64,000 nucleotides of DNA from Eledone cirrhosa (lineage: Eukaryota), in assembly GCA_964016885.1 (NCBI GenBank), contig OZ024740.1:436418001-436482000 (forward strand), written 5' to 3'. This document shows positions 38,090-49,791 of this stretch, piece by piece. The first letter of the stretch is position 1, and every line of letters starts with the position of its first letter. The notes beneath the pieces are model-generated. The model did no database searches. It saw only the letters and a list, made by a program, of their open reading frames with translations, and had not been told where the DNA came from. The translations under genes were made by a program, and so were the position numbers.

Positions 38090-40799
38090 CAGAGTTTAAG
38101 AAATGACAGAACGAGGGAATTGTGGCAACTGTTGTTGTAAAGGAATTAACATAAATTGGTAAGAAAAAAGGGAATGAACAATGAACATCGAGGTGAGAGC
38201 AGAAACCTCTACGTGGCAAATACGCGATCCGTAGCAAACAGGCTGATGTTGACCAGAAGCACACCCATCAGTGGTTAGGTAGCTTTGGGTTAAAGGCAGA
38301 GAATGAAAGCTTGGTCTTAGCTGCTGATGGTTAAAGCTTATTAATGCGGAACTATCAAGTCAATGTGATTAGAAATGGAGTAGATCGAAAGTGTGATTCT
38401 ATGATGATGAGATTGAAACAGTGGACCATTTAATCTCTGCATGTAAAATTTTAGCACCAGTAAAGTATAAATCTAGGACTGATAGAGTTGGCCAATATCT
38501 ACACTGGTTAATAGGTCGGCATTATAAAACCAAATCTGCTGAGAAGTGGTACAATCATCACCCTGTGGCTATAACTGAGGGAGAAAATGTAGCAATTCGT
38601 TGGGACTTTCTTGTACATAAATGCAGAACCATCATAGACCAGATGTTATTTTAACAGACCAAAATAACAAAATATGTTTTTTGATTGACATGAGCATCCC
38701 ATATAACCACAATAGGGCGGCAAAAGAATTTAGCAAACTCAGAAAATAGAAAAATTAGTAGATTGAAATTGAAACAAAATGTGGCATCTCAATATGGTTA
38801 CAAGGCCAGTGGTTGTAGGAGGACTAGGAATAATAACAAAAGGGAACAGAAAAATATTTGAAAATAATCCCTTGTTTATCATCCCTTCAAAAAGTGGAAA
38901 ACATTGTTTTAGCTGGTAGGGCACACGTAGTGAGAAGAGGACTATCACTGTGAGAAGAGTACTATCGCTGTGAGAAGGGTACTATCGCTGTAAGAAGGGT
39001 ACTATCGCTGTAAGAAGAGTAATATCGCTGTGAGAAGAGTAATATCGCTGTGAGAAGATTACTATCGCTGTGAGAAGAGTACTCTCACTGTAAGGAGAGT
39101 ACTATCACTGTGAGAAGGGTACTATCACTGTGAGGAGAGTACTATCACTGTGAGAAGAGTACTATCACGGTGAGAAGGGTACTGTCGTTGTGAGTAGAGT
39201 ACTATCACTGTCAGAAGTGTACTATCGTTGTGAGTAGAGTACTATCACTGTGAAAAGAGTACTATCGTTGTGAGAAGAGTACTATCACTGTGAGAAGAGT
39301 ACTATCTCTGTGAGAAGGGTACTATCGTTATGAGTAGAGTACTATCACTGTGAGAAGAGTACTATCACTGGGAGAAGGGTACTATCACTGTGAGGAGAGT
39401 ACTATCACTGTGAGAAGGGTACTATCGCTGTGAAAAGAGTACTATCGCTGAGAAGAGTACTATCGCTGTGAGAAGAGTACTATCGCTGTGAGAAGAGTAC
39501 TATCACTGTGAAAAGAGTATTATCGTTGCGAGTAGAGTACTATAACGGTGAGAAGAGTACTATCACTGTGAGTATGGTACTATCGCTGCGAGAAGAGTAC
39601 TATCACTGTGAGAAGAGAACTATAACAGTGAGAAGGGTACTATCGTTGTGAGTAGAGTACTGTCGTTGTGAGTAGAGTAATATCACTGTCAGAAGAATAC
39701 TATCGTTGTGAGAAGAGTACTCTCACTTTGAGAAGAGTAATATCACTGTGAGAAGAGTACTATCGCTGTGAGAAGAGTACTATCACTATGAGAAAAGTAC
39801 TATCTCTGTGAGAAGGGTACTATCGTTGGGAGTAGAGTTCTGTCGTTGTGAGTAGAGTACTATCGCATTGAGAAGAGTACTATCGCTGTGAGTAGAGTAC
39901 TATCTCTGTGAGAAGGGTACTATCGTTGTGAGTAGAGTACTATCGCTGTGAGAAGAGTACTATCGCTGTGAGTAGAGTACTATCTCTGTGAGAAGGGTAC
40001 TATCGTTGTGAGTAATGTACTATCGCTGTGAGAAGAGTACTATCACTGTGAGAAGAGTACTATCACTGTGAGAAGGGTACTATCGCTGTGAGAAGAGTAC
40101 TATCACCATGAGAAGAGTACTATCTCTGTGAGAAGGATACTATCGTTGTGAATAGAGTACTGTCGTTGTGAGAAGAGTACTATCGCTGTGAGAAGGGTAC
40201 TATCACTGTGAGAAGAGTACTATCGTTGTGAGTAATGTACTATCGCTGTGAGAAGAGTACTATCACTGTGAGAAGAGTACTATCACTGTGAGAAGGGTAC
40301 TATCGCTGTGAGAAGAGTACTATCACTATGAGAAGAGTACTATCTCTGTGAGAAGGATACTATCGTTGTGAGAAGAGTACTATCACTGTGAGAAGGGTAC
40401 TCTCTCTGTGAGAAGGGTACTATCGCTGTGAGAAGAGTACTATCACTGTGAGACGGGTACTATCATTGTGAGTAGAGTACTATCGCTGTGAGAAGGGTAC
40501 TATCGCTGTGAGAAGTAATTTATTTACATACGTTTATTTGATTATATTCCATAATTATATGTAAGTTGTAAATAATCGAACACTCTTATATGATTGAATA
40601 TCATTCTGTTGTAAATATGATTTTAAACGTATAATATACACATGTATACAGCAGATATTATACTTGTAACTGTGTAAAGTGTTTGATGTGAACATGGATG
40701 TTTTTATTTTGTGGCTTCTCGGTGTGTTTCTCTGCCTTGGGTGTTGGAAAGACACATGGCAAGAAATGGAGACAAACTGAACGAAGAGAAAAACCACCA
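38090..40799 (+). mobile_element. Degenerate 5'-truncated R4/Dong-like non-LTR retrotransposon (RLE C-terminus and 3' UTR) containing an internal minisatellite
   Basis: Disrupted translation gives QKPLRGKY..., WL..GLKAENE, ETVDHLISAC, LHW, KWY.H.P, WDF, RPD..., IDMSIP, PVVVGGLG and AHVVRR.LSL*. The 3' UTR ends next to (TAA)n at 40799-40816. Confidence 0.82.
38930..40515 (+). repeat. 20-bp minisatellite GTGAGAAGAGTACTATC(A/G)CT, about 79 copies
   Basis: Continuous 20-bp period with one 18-bp unit near 39450. Confidence 0.97.
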
Positions 40800-40804
40800 A
40801 TAAT

Positions 40805-41153
40805 AATAATAATAATGATTTCTACTATAGGCACAAGGCCAGCAATTTGGAGGGAGGATGAAAGTCGATTAAATCAACCCTAGTTCGTTACTGGTGCTTT
40901 ATTTTATCGACCCCGTAAGGAAGAAAGGTAAAGCTAACCTCGGCCGGAATTAAACTCAGAACGTAAAGGGCCGTAAATCTATGCTATACAGCATGTTGTT
41001 CGGCGCTCTACCGATACTGCCAATCTACCACCGTCTATTAATAATAATTGTTTCTACTTTAGGCACAAGGCCAGCAATTACCCAGTGCATTACTGGTACT
41101 TTATTTTATCGACCCCGTAAGGATGAATGGCAAAGTCAACCTCGGCGGGATTT
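40805..41153 (-). mobile_element. Two tandem tRNA-derived SINE copies (Meta-domain-like)
   Basis: 40805-41034 is nearly full length and 41040-41153 is a 3' part. Both have CCTTACGGGGTCGATAAAATAAA and an (ATT)n tail. Confidence 0.8.
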
Positions 41154-41485
41154 AAAATATTAATAATAATGATGATAATGATGATGATGTCTTCCTATTG
41201 ACCAACGAAAGTGCCTACCAATAATAAAACACAATAATCAGCAGCAGCAACTATAAGAGTCTTAATTAAAACAGACATAAACATCAATATCTGCAATAAA
41301 ACATGCAACAGTTACAGGAGTTAGAAAGGGAGATTGTTATTTCTCTGATTTACTTAAAGACGATATCGAAATCCAAACACAGTAATACAGAGGAAATAAA
41401 GGAGACAAAATAGAAGAAAATATCTGTCAATCCTTCATGAAATCAATAACAAAGGAATAAGATATAGATATGAATATTATCATAT

Positions 41486-41575
<90 letters not shown>

Positions 41576-41578
<3 letters not shown>

Positions 41579-44524
41579 GGTAAATATTGATGCAATTCAA
41601 TTCAAGCACTCAACATACTTTTTCCACATAGGAGTGACGGAGTAAATATCGAATAAGGAAAAGCGAAGTAAATGCTGTGATATATATTTCAATGACGACA
41701 CTGGTCACACTGTTCTGTGTGCGAGTGTCGTGTCATCATCAGACAGCTTATTACATAATAAGGTTATGTTTCCGAGGCAATCCAAATTGAATCGACATGG
41801 GAACGGATGAAGTTCGTGCTTTTGGGTTTTTCATCCGTTCCCTTGTGAGTACCAATTCACCCCCACCGGTCTGCGCAAGCGCATGTCCGAAGGAAGTTGA
41901 CCATTAGCCACCGCAGATTTCAACGAAATTCGCTGTCAGTTCAACCTTTCAGCCAAAACAATGGCCCACCTATGCCCTACCAAAGTTTACTGCTACCCAT
42001 CACGACTGTGGCAGTCAGCCGAAAGCCAGAGGGGATGGGAGGGTGTTAGGGAAAATAAACTTAATTCTAGGTAACATGGTTTTACATTGGAAGTTAAGAG
42101 TGAGAGTTGGAAATAAAAATTAAAAATTAAAATCCTAAATCAAATATCAGAGATTATAAATTAAACAATTAAAAAATTAGAAATTCAAAAATTCTTCAAG
42201 TGATAATTCGGATTGAGTAAAGATATAGATTGAAGTGAGTAAATAATATGGAGAGAGATGTTTAAGTAATAAGTTATGAGAGGGATTCTAGTGTCACAGT
42301 TACTCTATCCACATATTGAACGACAGTGCCGTACATTATAACGGAGGGTAAACTACAGGGTTCAAGGCATTAGTCAATCTGGTACACATTCATAATTTCC
42401 ATCACATGGAACAAAATCAAAGAAAAACAGACATAAAGTACACAAAAGAAAAGAAAAGAACAGAACCAATAGTGAATAAATGCAAAAACGCAGAGTACAT
42501 ATATGCAAAATGATCCATATGATTGTCCATCTGTCCATGTATATCTATATCTTTACTCAATCCGAATTAGCACTTGAACATTTTTTTAATTTCGAATTTT
42601 TTCATTTTTTAATTGTTTAATTTATAATCTCTGATATTTAATTTAGGATTTTAATTTTTAACTTTTATTTCCAACTCTCACTCTTAACTTCCAATGTAAA
42701 ACCATGATACCTAGAATTGAGTTTATTTTCCCTTATGAGTTGATGGTCAGTCTTGCTGTCAACGCTTAGTGAAAGGTAGTATTATGACCTATAAAAACTA
42801 ACACCCTCCCATCCCCTCTGGCTTTCGGCTGACTGCCACAGTCGTGATGGGTAGCAGTAAACTTTGGTAGGGCATAGGTGGGCCATTGTTTTGGCTGAGA
42901 GGGTGAACTGACAGCGAATTTCGTTGAAATCTGCGGTGGCTAATGGTCAACTTCCTTCAGACATGCGCTTGCGCAGACCGGTGGGGGTGAATTGGTACTC
43001 ACAAGGGAACGGATGAAAAACCCAAAAGCACGAACTTCATCCGTTCCCATGTCGATTCAATTTGGATTGCCTCGGAAACATAACCTTATTATGTAACAAG
43101 CTGTCTGATGATGACACGACACTCGCACACAGAACAGTGTGGCCAGTGTCGTCATTGAAATATATATCACAGCATTATTATTAAAGGACTTGAACATCTG
43201 AAACTACTTCGCTTTTCCTTATTCGATATTTACTCCGTCACTCCTATGTGGAAAAAGTACGTTGAGTGCTTGAATTGAATTGCATCAATGTTTACCCTAA
43301 TAATTTAGCTCTAATTAGTTGAGCGCTCTATGATGTAACCGATATGGTGGAGAAGAGAGGAACCAACCAAGAGCTACCCCAGAAATTCCCTCTACCATGG
43401 GGATGAAACCCCTTACACTGGACGGGCATAATAGTAACTTTCGGCAGGATAAATACGCGGAAACAAAAAATAAGATAAACCCCTATTTTCCTGCACCAAA
43501 TCGCATTTGAACAGAAGCCCCCTCAATTCAATCTATACATGGACAGATAGACAATCATATGGATCATTTTGCATATATGTACTCCGTGTTTTTGCATTTA
43601 TTCACTATTGGTTCTGTTCTTTTCTTTTCTTTTGTGTACTTTATGTCTGTTTTTCTTTGATTTTGTTCCATGTGATGGAAATTATGAATGTGTACCAGAT
43701 TGACTAATGCCTTGAACCCTGTAGTTTACCCTCCGTTATAATGTACGGCACTGTCGTTCAATATGTGGATAGAGTAACTGTGATACTAGAATCCCTCTCA
43801 TAACTTATTACTTAAACATCTCTCTCCATATTATTTACTCACTTCAATCTATATATTTACTCAATCCGAATTATCACTTGAAACATTTTTTAATTTCTAA
43901 TTTTTTAATTTTTTAATTGTTTAATTTATAATCTCTGATATTTGATTTAGGATTTTAATTTTTAATTTTTATTTCCAACTCTCACTCTTAACTTCCAATG
44001 TAAAACCATGATACCTAGAATTGAGTTTATTTTCCCTTATGAGTTGATGGTCAGTCTTGCTGTCAACGCTTAGTGAAAGGTAGTATTATGACCTATAAAA
44101 ACTAACACCCTCCCATCCCCTCTGGCTTTCGGCTGACTGCCACAGTCGTGATGGGTAGCAGTAAACTTTGGTAGGGCATAGGTGGGCCAATTTTTTGGCT
44201 GAGAGGGTGAACTGACAACGAATTTCGTTGAAATCTGCGGTGGCTAATGGTCAACTTCCTTCGGACATGCGGTTGCGCAGACCGGTGGGGGTGAATTGGT
44301 ACTCACAAGGGAACGGATGAAAAACCCAAAAGCACGAACTTCATCCGTTCCCATGTCGATTCAATTTGGATTGCCTCGGAAACATAACCTTATTATGTAA
44401 CAAGCTGTCTCATGATGACACGACACTCGCACTCAGAACAGTGTGACCAGTGTCGTCATTGAAATATATATCACAGCATTATTATTAAAGGACTTGAACA
44501 TCTGAAACTACTTCGCTTTTCCTT

Positions 44525-44530
<6 letters not shown>
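41576..44530. mobile_element. Non-coding PLE/retrozyme-like element: 1304-bp unit in partial tandem plus an inverted copy
   Basis: 42543-43225 is repeated at 43847-44530. 41576-42543 is the reverse complement of unit sequence. It is flanked on both sides by (AT)n and has one HHR per unit. Confidence 0.82.
43100..43173 (+). ncRNA. Type I hammerhead ribozyme with long stem II; copies at 41674-41747 (-) and 44404-44477 (+, core mutated to CTCATGA)
   Basis: GCTGT-CTGATGA-TGAC(AC)GACACT...AGTGTC-GTCA-TT-GAAA-TATATA-TC-ACAGC. Stem I is GCTGT/ACAGC, stem III is palindromic, and the triplet is AUC. Confidence 0.85.
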
Positions 44531-44581
<51 letters not shown>

Positions 44582-44588
<7 letters not shown>

Positions 44589-46148
44589 ATATTAATAAAT
44601 GGAAACTATATTTATAAAACCATATTCATTTTATTATACATATTTCAAGGCCACCAAGGCAAATTATGGTGCGCTTTCATCATATAAAATACAGATTTGT
44701 TTTATAAATAAATATCGACATACCCGGAAAAAAAAGACAACCTTAACGGTTGGAGCTTCCTGGATAGTGAAGATAATACTTTATTGGGGGTAATACAAAG
44801 TTATGAGTGAGTATGCAAATGAGTGTCCGAAAGGTTGAAAAGATAACGGTTTATTTAAATTAAACTGTTGGAAGAAGATGATATGTAAGGGAGAGAGAAA
44901 AAAAAAGAAGAAAAGAAAGGAGAAAGAGAGAATAGGAAAGAAAGGACGATTATACATATTGATAGTGAAGATAGAGTGAATGAAGAAATAAGTTTCAATG
45001 GAGAAATATACACAGCGTAAATATATATAAGTGAAAGAAGTGAAAGAAGAAATAAGAATAACGTGGAAGAATAATATTTATAATGTAGGGTTCAATACGT
45101 TGTGATTATAATGTTTATAATGATAGGTTGAAAAATTAGATTAAAATTAAAAATTAGAAATCAAAATTAAAGATTAAAATTTGCATTAATATTAAAGATT
45201 TAATTTAATAATTTAATATTAATATTAAAAATTAAAAATTAAAAATTAAAAATTAAAAATTAAAAATTAAAAATTAAAAATTAAAAATTAAAAATTAAAA
45301 ATTAAAAATTAAATAATTAAAAATTTAAATTTAAATTTAAATCTAAACAGAAGTATTTATATTATATTAAGATGTATTAGTAATAATATATTGGTTTAGA
45401 TGTGTATATTAAGGATTATAAATTATTTAAATAAATATATAGTATTTTACATTAGAGAAAATCTAGTATAGTTTATTTTATTAAAGTAAGTTTGGCAAAA
45501 TTATATTTATTAGTAGTTGTAAGTCAAAATTTAAACATCCAAATAATTCTAAATTTATGAAAAATTTACGAGAGTTTACAAAAGAATAACTACTTAATTA
45601 TATTATAAAAACAGTAAGGAAGTGTAAAGGAAATTAGAAGTGATTTTTTAAGATCTCAAATGACTCCAAGGATTAAATGTTATAAAATTAAAAAATGTTA
45701 TCCTAAGAATATAATTAAAACATAAACAATGTTATTTTATACGAAGTCATAAATTTATCTTAAGAATATAATTAAAACATAAACCACAGGTTATTTTTTA
45801 AGAAGTCATACTTGCTATAAATTTAAAAAAATTTATCTTAAGAATATAGTTAAAACATAAACCATAGGTTAGTCCACATATATATAAAAAACCTATATAT
45901 AAAAATCATGTTATTCCACATATATACAAATATTTGGATACATATATTAAAACCGTTTGAAGATATAAAAATATTGGAAGATATGAAAATAATGGTTTTT
46001 CCGGGTATGTCAATATTTATTTATAAAACAAATCTGTATTTTATCTGATGAAAGCGCACCATAATTTGCCTTGGTTGCCCTTGAAATATGTATAATAAAA
46101 TAAATATGGTTTTATAAATATAGTTTCCATTTATTAACATATTGTGTA
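44582..46148. mobile_element. PLE-derived element with ~150-bp inverted terminal arms and an AT-rich interior including (AAAATT)n
   Basis: 44582-44731 is the reverse complement of ~45996-46148. An (AAAATT)n array lies at 45226-45312. Confidence 0.7.
46038..46101 (+). ncRNA. Type I hammerhead ribozyme; mutated mirror copy at 44628-44690 (-)
   Basis: ATTTTAT-CTGATGA-AAGCGCACC...GGTTGCCCTT-GAAA-TATGTA-TA-ATAAAAT. Confidence 0.8.
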
Positions 46149-46297
46149 TTTACTCCACTAAATTGTTGAGTGCTTTATATCAGTTATAAAAAATTGTTTA
46201 AGCTTGTTGAATCCCAACAAATTAAATATAACCTCTACATATATATATATATGTGTGTGTGTGTATATATATGTATGTATATGTGTATATATATATA

Positions 46298-46387
<90 letters not shown>

Positions 46388-46390
<3 letters not shown>

Positions 46391-46971
46391 TGGTTGCCGA
46401 ACACTGTACGGCTTAATTCGGGCTGTTTGTTTACAAACAAAACGAAGATTAAATAAATGTTCGGTAAACCCGTACGTACATATATATATATATATATGTG
46501 TATGCATGTATGTAAGTATATACATACTACTCTGCGTCTGTATACATATATGTATGTACGTATACATTCTTATATTCAAGTATCAGCCGTACTAAGAGTG
46601 AGAAATGAAATTTCATTTTTTCCATTTATCGTTTTCGGTACGCCCAGCCGACTAACTCAATCGATATGCAAATTAGGCTGCTCAGCCTTTAATATGCATA
46701 AGGAAAGTATATACTTTCAAACGTCCAATCGATTGACAGGAAGGTATACGGTGTTGATGACAGATAACAAGCTAGAAACTAGTTCATCGTTCCTTTGTCG
46801 GTGTTGAACAAAAGGGTAACGATGGTTGCCGACACGGTACGGCTTAATTCGGGTTGTTTGTTTACAAACAAACCGAAGATTATAATAAATGTTCGGTAAA
46901 CCCATACGTACATATATATGTGTGTGCATGTATGTATGTATATACATACTATATGTACGTATACATACTTA

Positions 46972-46975
<4 letters not shown>
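46388..46975 (+). mobile_element. ~430-bp-unit partial-tandem non-coding element with an HHR; homolog at 57410-57970 (-)
   Basis: ATGGTTGCCGA...GTTCGGTAAACCC at 46390 is repeated at 46822. An HHR variant at 46748-46790 reads CGGTG-TTGATGA-...-GAAA-CTAG-TT-CATCG. Confidence 0.75.
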
Positions 46976-47041
<66 letters not shown>

Positions 47042-47042
<1 letters not shown>

Positions 47043-48101
47043 CCCTCGCGTCCCCTTTATTTACGTGTCCCAACGACTTTTTTTAGCCGTTGCTCGCACC
47101 AACCGGAGGTATATGGTCTTTAAAGCGATGAAATGCCTATGATGGTTGGAAGATCACTGATGAAGGACAAACTTTTTTCATATGTAACCCATTTGCAACT
47201 CCGCAGCGCCCTTATTATCATATTTACACATATTTTTTCCTCTGCTGCTACACGTCTTTTTCGTTCTATGTATCTTTACCCTTTCTAGCAGTCTCTCTCT
47301 CTGTTAGCCTCTTTCTCACCCTTCACTCACTCATTCTCTGTTACTACCTCTCCTCCTCCTCTTTCTTCCCGTTTGACCTGTGTGTAATTCTTTTCTCCCG
47401 CACGCTGGCCAAGCTGGTATGAATTTTTTCTCTCTCTCGTCTACGATTTCACAGAACTTATGTTTACCGAATTCACAGACTAGACCCCTTCTTCCTCCCG
47501 TTAGACCTGTGCGAAATTCCTTCCTTGCTCACATTTCAACCAGGTTTGATGGTCTTTATTCTCTCGTTCACGATTTCACCGAATTTAAATTCATAGAAAT
47601 CTGGGACTTGTCTCTTTCTTCCTCACTTTCTGTTGCTTCACCATTTTGTTTGTTTACCCTCGCGTCCCCTTTATTTACGTGTCCCAACGACTTTTTTTAG
47701 CCGTTGCTCGCACCAACCGGAGGTATATGGTCTTTAAAGCGATGAAATGCCTATGATGGTTGGAAGATCACTGATGAAGGACAAACTTTTTTCATATGTA
47801 ACCCGCTTGCAACTCCGCAGCGCCCTTATTATATATATATATATATATATAATAATAAGGGCGCTGCGGAGTTGCAAATGGGTTACATATGAAAAAAGTT
47901 TGTCCTTCATCAGTGATCTTCCAACCATCATAGGCATTTCATCGCTTTAAAGACCATATACCTCCGGTTGGTGCGAGCAACGGCTAAAAAAGGTCGTTGG
48001 GACACGTAAATAAAGGGGACGCGAGGGTAAACAAACAAAATGGTGAAGCAACAGAAAGTGAGGAAGAAAGAGACAAGTCCCAGATTTCTATGAATTTAAA
48101 T
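47042..48101. mobile_element. Non-coding element (614-bp period) in partial tandem plus an inverted copy around (AT)n; permuted hammerhead subfamily B
   Basis: 47042-47216 is repeated at 47656-47830. 47580-47830 is mirrored by 47855-48101. Confidence 0.82.
47066..47169 (+). ncRNA. Permuted/pseudoknotted hammerhead-like RNA (subfamily B); near-identical copies at 47680-47783 (+) and 47901-48004 (-)
   Basis: TGTCC-CAACGACT(ttttt)TAGCCGTTG-C-TCGC-A-CCAACC-GG-AGGTAT-A|TGGTCTT-TAAA-GCGA-T-GAA-ATGCCT-atgat-GGTTGG-AAGATCA-CTGATGA-A-GGACA. Pairings covary with subfamily A. Confidence 0.62.
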
Positions 48102-48255
48102 TACTGGTACATTACTGGTACTTTATTTTATCGACTCCGTAAGGATGAAAGGCAAAGTTAACCTCGGCGGGATTTGAACTCAGACCGTAAAGAGACGTAA
48201 CTATGCTGTAAAGCATGGCGTCCGACTCTCTACCGATACTGCCAATCCACTGGCC
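48102..48255 (-). mobile_element. tRNA-derived SINE (Meta-domain-like)
   Basis: Minus strand: GTGGATTGGCAGTATCGGTAGAG...GAGTTCAAATCCCGCCGAGGTTAACTTTGCCTTTCATCCTTACGGAGTCGATAAAATAAAGTACCAG. Confidence 0.82.
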
Positions 48256-48294
48256 TTTAATCCCAAGTATTAAAGATTCAGCAAGTGCCAAAAC

Positions 48295-48724
48295 AATATA
48301 TAGGGAGACCTATAATTTATTCTCCTACAACCTACCAAGCATTAACTGTATTGATATCTAGAAAATATACAGCCTGTTTCCAGTTGAGCAGAAAAGATGC
48401 TGCAGAGTCTCTTAAGACTAAAGATCGGTTACTGATAAACAGTCATAACGGAAGACAGAAGGAAGACGAATCTGTGCTTGGTATGGACTGGCATCAGATA
48501 CACTGTATTCTCCACGCATGTATCCTAGAATCACAGGCCATGAATAAGTTAGTATCTATAATAAAATATATGAAACATGCCATGGGTAAATGTCAAGATT
48601 TTGTTCAGAAATAGACAAAAAAAGGAAATTATAAAAACTAGAAGAGGATTATATAAGGAAGAGGATTATAAAAAGGAAATTATAAAACAGTTAGAAGAGG
48701 AGTATTCAAGTATTCAAAGGGGAT

Positions 48725-48784
<60 letters not shown>

Positions 48785-49075
48785 GCGCACACACACACAC
48801 ACACATATATATATATACAGTATATATATATGTGTGTGTGTGTGTGTGTATCTTTCTCTCTCTCTCATTCTCTACTGCTTTCCAGTCTTTATGTGTTAAA
48901 CATGAGTTGGATTTAGATACAAATGCTGTGGTAATACATCAATCATATTTTGTATATATATGACGTCTCCTTGTAGCCTACGGATTTTAAACAACAAGAA
49001 ACACTACTGCAGACAGTGCATGGATTTACGAAAGAAATTAGAATGAGATTCGGATCAGACAAATGCATCCAGTAG
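48295..49075 (+). pseudogene. Highly degenerate reverse-transcriptase fragment of an R4/Dong-like retrotransposon
   Basis: Frameshifted motifs in RT order: RPIIYSPTTYQ (YRPI..LPT.YK), FPVEQKRC, KDRLLIN, (F)QG/GDSLS, INHILYIYD (HLLYMDD) and IRMRFGSDKC (I.M.FGLDKC). Confidence 0.65.
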
Positions 49076-49750
49076 ATTTGACGGAAGAAAAAATTAAAAT
49101 CCTGCCGAGACTAAAGGATTCTTAATTGTGGTACAATATTAACCAAAAGTGCACAATGGAGAAAATATGTGAAGACAGGAAAGAAACTATTGGCTCTGAC
49201 TGCCCACTTTTAGCCAAGAAAGATTGCATCCAGAGATACGATCAATATCGATATCAACTGATAGAATACATGTAGATGTTCTGTTTCGTTTTTTTTTTAT
49301 TTTTGAGAGGGAGAGGGGTCTCATATTTTTAATGATGAGTTTTGAAATTGCACGAGTAAAGAACGACATGTTCATATTGAATTAGGTGTGTAAGTAACTA
49401 AGGTTAAAAATGGAGAAAAAGAAAATAGTATTGGAAAGGACTATAAATGTCATAAATTAGATGAAAGGGAGGAGGAGAACAAAGGGAGAAGGGGTGACAG
49501 TCTCTACTCATTCGAATGTCAGATAGAATGGTTTCAGCATTCGTTTCGGTATTCTGCGTTCTCTGATTTCATATTTTGCCAGGGTCTTTCATCCTTTCGA
49601 GATCGTTGAAAAGGTGTCTAGTACCGGGGTTAATTCTTCCTTTATAACTAATTCCTATTTCCTTTCTATCACCCACTCCCCATCTTTTTCTATCACTCTC
49701 TCTCACTCTCTCTCTCTCTTTCTCTCTCTCACTCTCTCTCTCTCTCCCCC

Positions 49751-49791
<41 letters not shown>

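Noticed and set aside
47125-47165. SECIS or C/D-box interpretation of ATGA...CTGA
   Set aside because: Helix length and the apical AA do not fit a SECIS, and the covarying pairings fit a hammerhead core better.
47734-47950. Near-identical ORFs on both strands
   Set aside because: A consequence of the inverted repeat around (AT)n.
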